From contig CM119372.1 in NCBI GenBank assembly GCA_051294905.1, positions 4,094,001-4,158,000 of the forward strand: a stretch of DNA of 64,000 bases, given 5' to 3'. The stretch comes from Botryllus schlosseri (Eukaryota). This document shows, piece by piece, positions 60,900-64,000 of this stretch. Under the pieces are notes generated by a model. It did not search any database, was not told where the DNA came from, and was given only the letters and a program-made list of their open reading frames with translations. How positions within the stretch are numbered: position 1 is the first letter of the stretch; each line of letters opens with the position of its first letter. The position numbers and the translations under genes are program-made.

Positions 60900-61490
60900 T
60901 ACATGTGTTGGAAGAGTTACGAGCAGTTGCATCCCGCCTATTCTGGGTTTTGTTTATACTCTTCAACTATCGGTTCCTCTGTGGTCACGGTCCCACAAAT
61001 TTCCACGACTGCTTCACATCGGAATCAAAAGCGCACAACTGCAACACGCGGAATACAAGAAAACGCATCGCTCTATCAAGTATGCCGACCGTGCCAGGCC
61101 TGTAGATTGGAACGCATCTCGCCGGCTATCCGACAGTCGTCGAGCATGTCCATTGCCCAGATTGTCTACATTCAAATCGAAATATAAGCATTGAGCAATT
61201 TATTTCGACTGAATCAATACTGGTCAGCCATCAAGATTACCGGACCTGACATATCGATCTCTCATTCCGACACATGCCACCCCTTTTTGCCACCTGTCCT
61301 TTACATTATCTCCTTTTACATGTTCATTCAGTGTGCAATGTGTATGCCTCCTTTTTACATCGCTTAGGCAAGGTGGGTGTCTGATTTGAAAGACTACTCC
61401 AAGTCGTTTCTTCATCTTCCTTCCTATCTATTCATTGTATTGCAGTCGTGTGGTGTCTTGAAATAATGAAATTGAATTGAATCATAAACA
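60900..61490 (+). mobile_element. 5'-truncated CR1/L2-group LINE 3' end
   Basis: Fragments HNCNTRN..RSIKY..WNA..LSTFKSKYK resemble ORF2 C-termini of this group; followed by the UTR shared with 3690-3900. Confidence 0.6.
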
Positions 61491-62599
61491 AGCAACAAGT
61501 CAAAATAATCGCGAAAAAAGATATCTCGTCGAAGTATGCTGATTTAGCTGATATGGTTCTGATATTTGGACGTATTGGCATGGGCAATAGACCTACCAGG
61601 CCACCGAGGCGACACATATATTTATCTCTAGAGCAGGGGCGGTCGACTTATCCGGTCGACGGGCCATCTCGTTTGGAATGCAGCATTGTCTTGTCAACGT
61701 TCATGATCGGAAATTTCGATGAGAAAAGTGCTAGTTTTTGAAAGGATTAAATATATATACTCAACTCAACTACGCCTGGATATTCTTCGACGTCGTTTTC
61801 AGTATCGAGTGTGGCATTCGATATTTTCTGGTTGGCAAGCGTGAACTTATTGAGTGTCGCAAAAATCCGTTTATGGCTTGATATTCCTCCGAATATTTAT
61901 AATACCACATTTCGTGTGTGAAACAAGAAACTGTCTACAGGCCACACAAAATCGCGACGAGCCAAATATCTACATAATGATAATTATCCTGATACATATT
62001 ACATATATCATTTCGCCGAGCGGAGTAGTTTCCTTGCCCTGTTTTGGGAAAAAGTGATACATTTATAGTTGTGTGCACTCAGGCATGTAATGGATCAATC
62101 ATTTCGCCGAGAATTATTTGTTGCATTTGTTTTGTACGGAGGCAAGCAGGCAACTTATGTTATCAGCAAGGACTGGACTGGGCACCTAGGTGAATTCAGA
62201 CTCAAGTTAGATCTGCTCTAGCTTGACTTATATCAAATCTATAGTAACATAGCATTATGGATCTATAGTAAATCTATTGTAACATAGCATTTACGACTCT
62301 AGTATAGCCATAACCACACCGCACTTACGGACCGAGCAGAAGTTGGCCTACAAATTCTCAGCCTACAAATTACCAAACGTTACCATCGGGTTAGTCACCA
62401 CAAAGGCCATGGCAGCTACATTACAGCCACAAATATATTCGATAAATACTATCATTATGATCAGCTAAATATATTTATTTGATTGATCTCGACACGGAAT
62501 AATCTATAACGCCCTGCAGTATGCGACATCACGGGCCCAACTCAATAAACAGAATTGCAAAATGTGGCCGCTATACTACTATCCTGGTTCGCATATAGG

Positions 62600-64000
62600 G
62601 AATTACTTCCAGTCAGGATGCAATCCTTAAAGCGTGCCACTTTTTTTTAACGTCATAAGCTTATATCATTCAATTGGACAAATCCTAGAAACACTTAATA
62701 TTTGATCAAAAATCCTGGATGATGTCGAAATTAGAAGATGAATGTCCCCGTATATAGAGAATCCTCATACAATGGGGATGCAGGATGGATACAATCCTTG
62801 GGATTCGCAACTTTTCAACGTTACAAGGTTAAATAACAGCACTAGACCAATACTAGAAACACTTTATGGTGGATGAAACGATCCCGGGCGATGTCCAAAT
62901 TAAAAGATGAATACCCCCATATATAGAGAATCCTTCCAAAATAGGGATGCAGGATGGATACAATCCTTGAGATGCGCAACTTTTTAACGTCACATGGTTA
63001 TACAACAACACTAGGCCAATACTAGAAACACTTTATGGTGGATGATACGATCCCGGGCGATGTCCGAATTACAAGATGAATACCCCCATATATAGAGAAT
63101 CCTTCCAAAATAGGGATGCAGAATGGATACAATCCTTGAGACGCGCAACTTTTCAACGTTACAAAGTTGTACAACAGCACTAGACAAATGCTAGAAACAC
63201 TTTATGGTGGATGAAACGATCCCGGGCGATGTCCAAATTACAAGATGAATACCCCCATATATAGAGAATCCTTCCAAAATAGGGATGCAGGATGGATACA
63301 ATCCTTGAGACGCGCAACTTTTCAACGTTACAAAGTTGTACAACAGCACTAGACAAATGCTAGAAACACTTTATGGTGGATGAAACGATCCCGGGCGATG
63401 TCCAAATTACAAGATGAATACCCCGTATATAGGGAATCCTTCTAAAATAAGGATGCAGGATGAATACAATCCTTGAGACGCGCAACTTTTCAACGTTACA
63501 AGGTTATATAACAGCACTAAACAAATACTAGAAACACTTTACGGTGGATGATACGATCCCGGGCGATGTCCAAATTACAAGATGAATACCCCGTATATAG
63601 GGAATCCTTCTAAAATAAGGATGCAGGATGAATACAATCCTTGAGACGCGCAACTTTTCAACGTCACAAGGTTATACAACAACACTAAGCCAATACTAGA
63701 AACACTTTATGGTGGATGATACGATCCCGGGCGATGTCCGAATTACAAGATGAATACCCCCATATATAGAGAATCCTTCCAAAATAGGGATGCAGGATGG
63801 ATACAATCCTTGAGACGCGCAACTTTTCAACGTTACAAAGTTGTACAACAGCACTAGACAAATGCTAGAAACACTTTATGGTGGATGAAACGATCCCGGG
63901 CGATGTCCAAATTACAAGATGAATACCCCGTATATAGGGAATCCTTCTAAAATAAGGATGCAGGATGAATACAATCCTTGTGACGCGCAACTTTTCAACG
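62600..64000. repeat. 168-169-bp tandem satellite, at least 7 units, runs off the window
   Basis: gatcccggg at 62880, 63049, 63218, 63387, 63555, 63723, 63892; first units are diverged. Confidence 0.95.

Overview
Eukaryotic (animal, probably a marine invertebrate with short introns; tunicate-like is a guess) genomic window, AT-rich and dominated by nested transposable elements. Two host genes lie head-to-head in the right half: a 10-exon SNX9/18/33-family sorting nexin (minus, 41742-56155) and a 5-exon phosphatidylcholine transfer protein PCTP/STARD2 (plus, 58410-60643) that contains a U12-type intron. The main structure is a 19.4-kb foldback transposon (11127-30569, 8-bp TSD CGGTGCCT). Its multi-kb inverted arms are built from a 195-bp tandem repeat, and both arms carry the same MITE at the mirrored position. 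Its core holds a spliced, now damaged gene for a Mutator/NOF-type DDE transposase followed by a Ulp1-like (C48) protease and a PHD finger. A Harbinger element (20419-28666) sits in its right arm, and a young Mag-type Gypsy element with identical LTRs (20641-25254) sits inside the Harbinger. Other content: a 6.4-kb 9-bp-TSD DNA transposon (4135-10496) that splits a Chapaev3-like remnant, two Penelope-like retroelements with inverted tails and hammerhead-like motifs, tRNA-derived SINEs, many MITEs, and a 169-bp satellite running off the right edge. All calls were made by eye; family names come from recalled motifs, not database searches.
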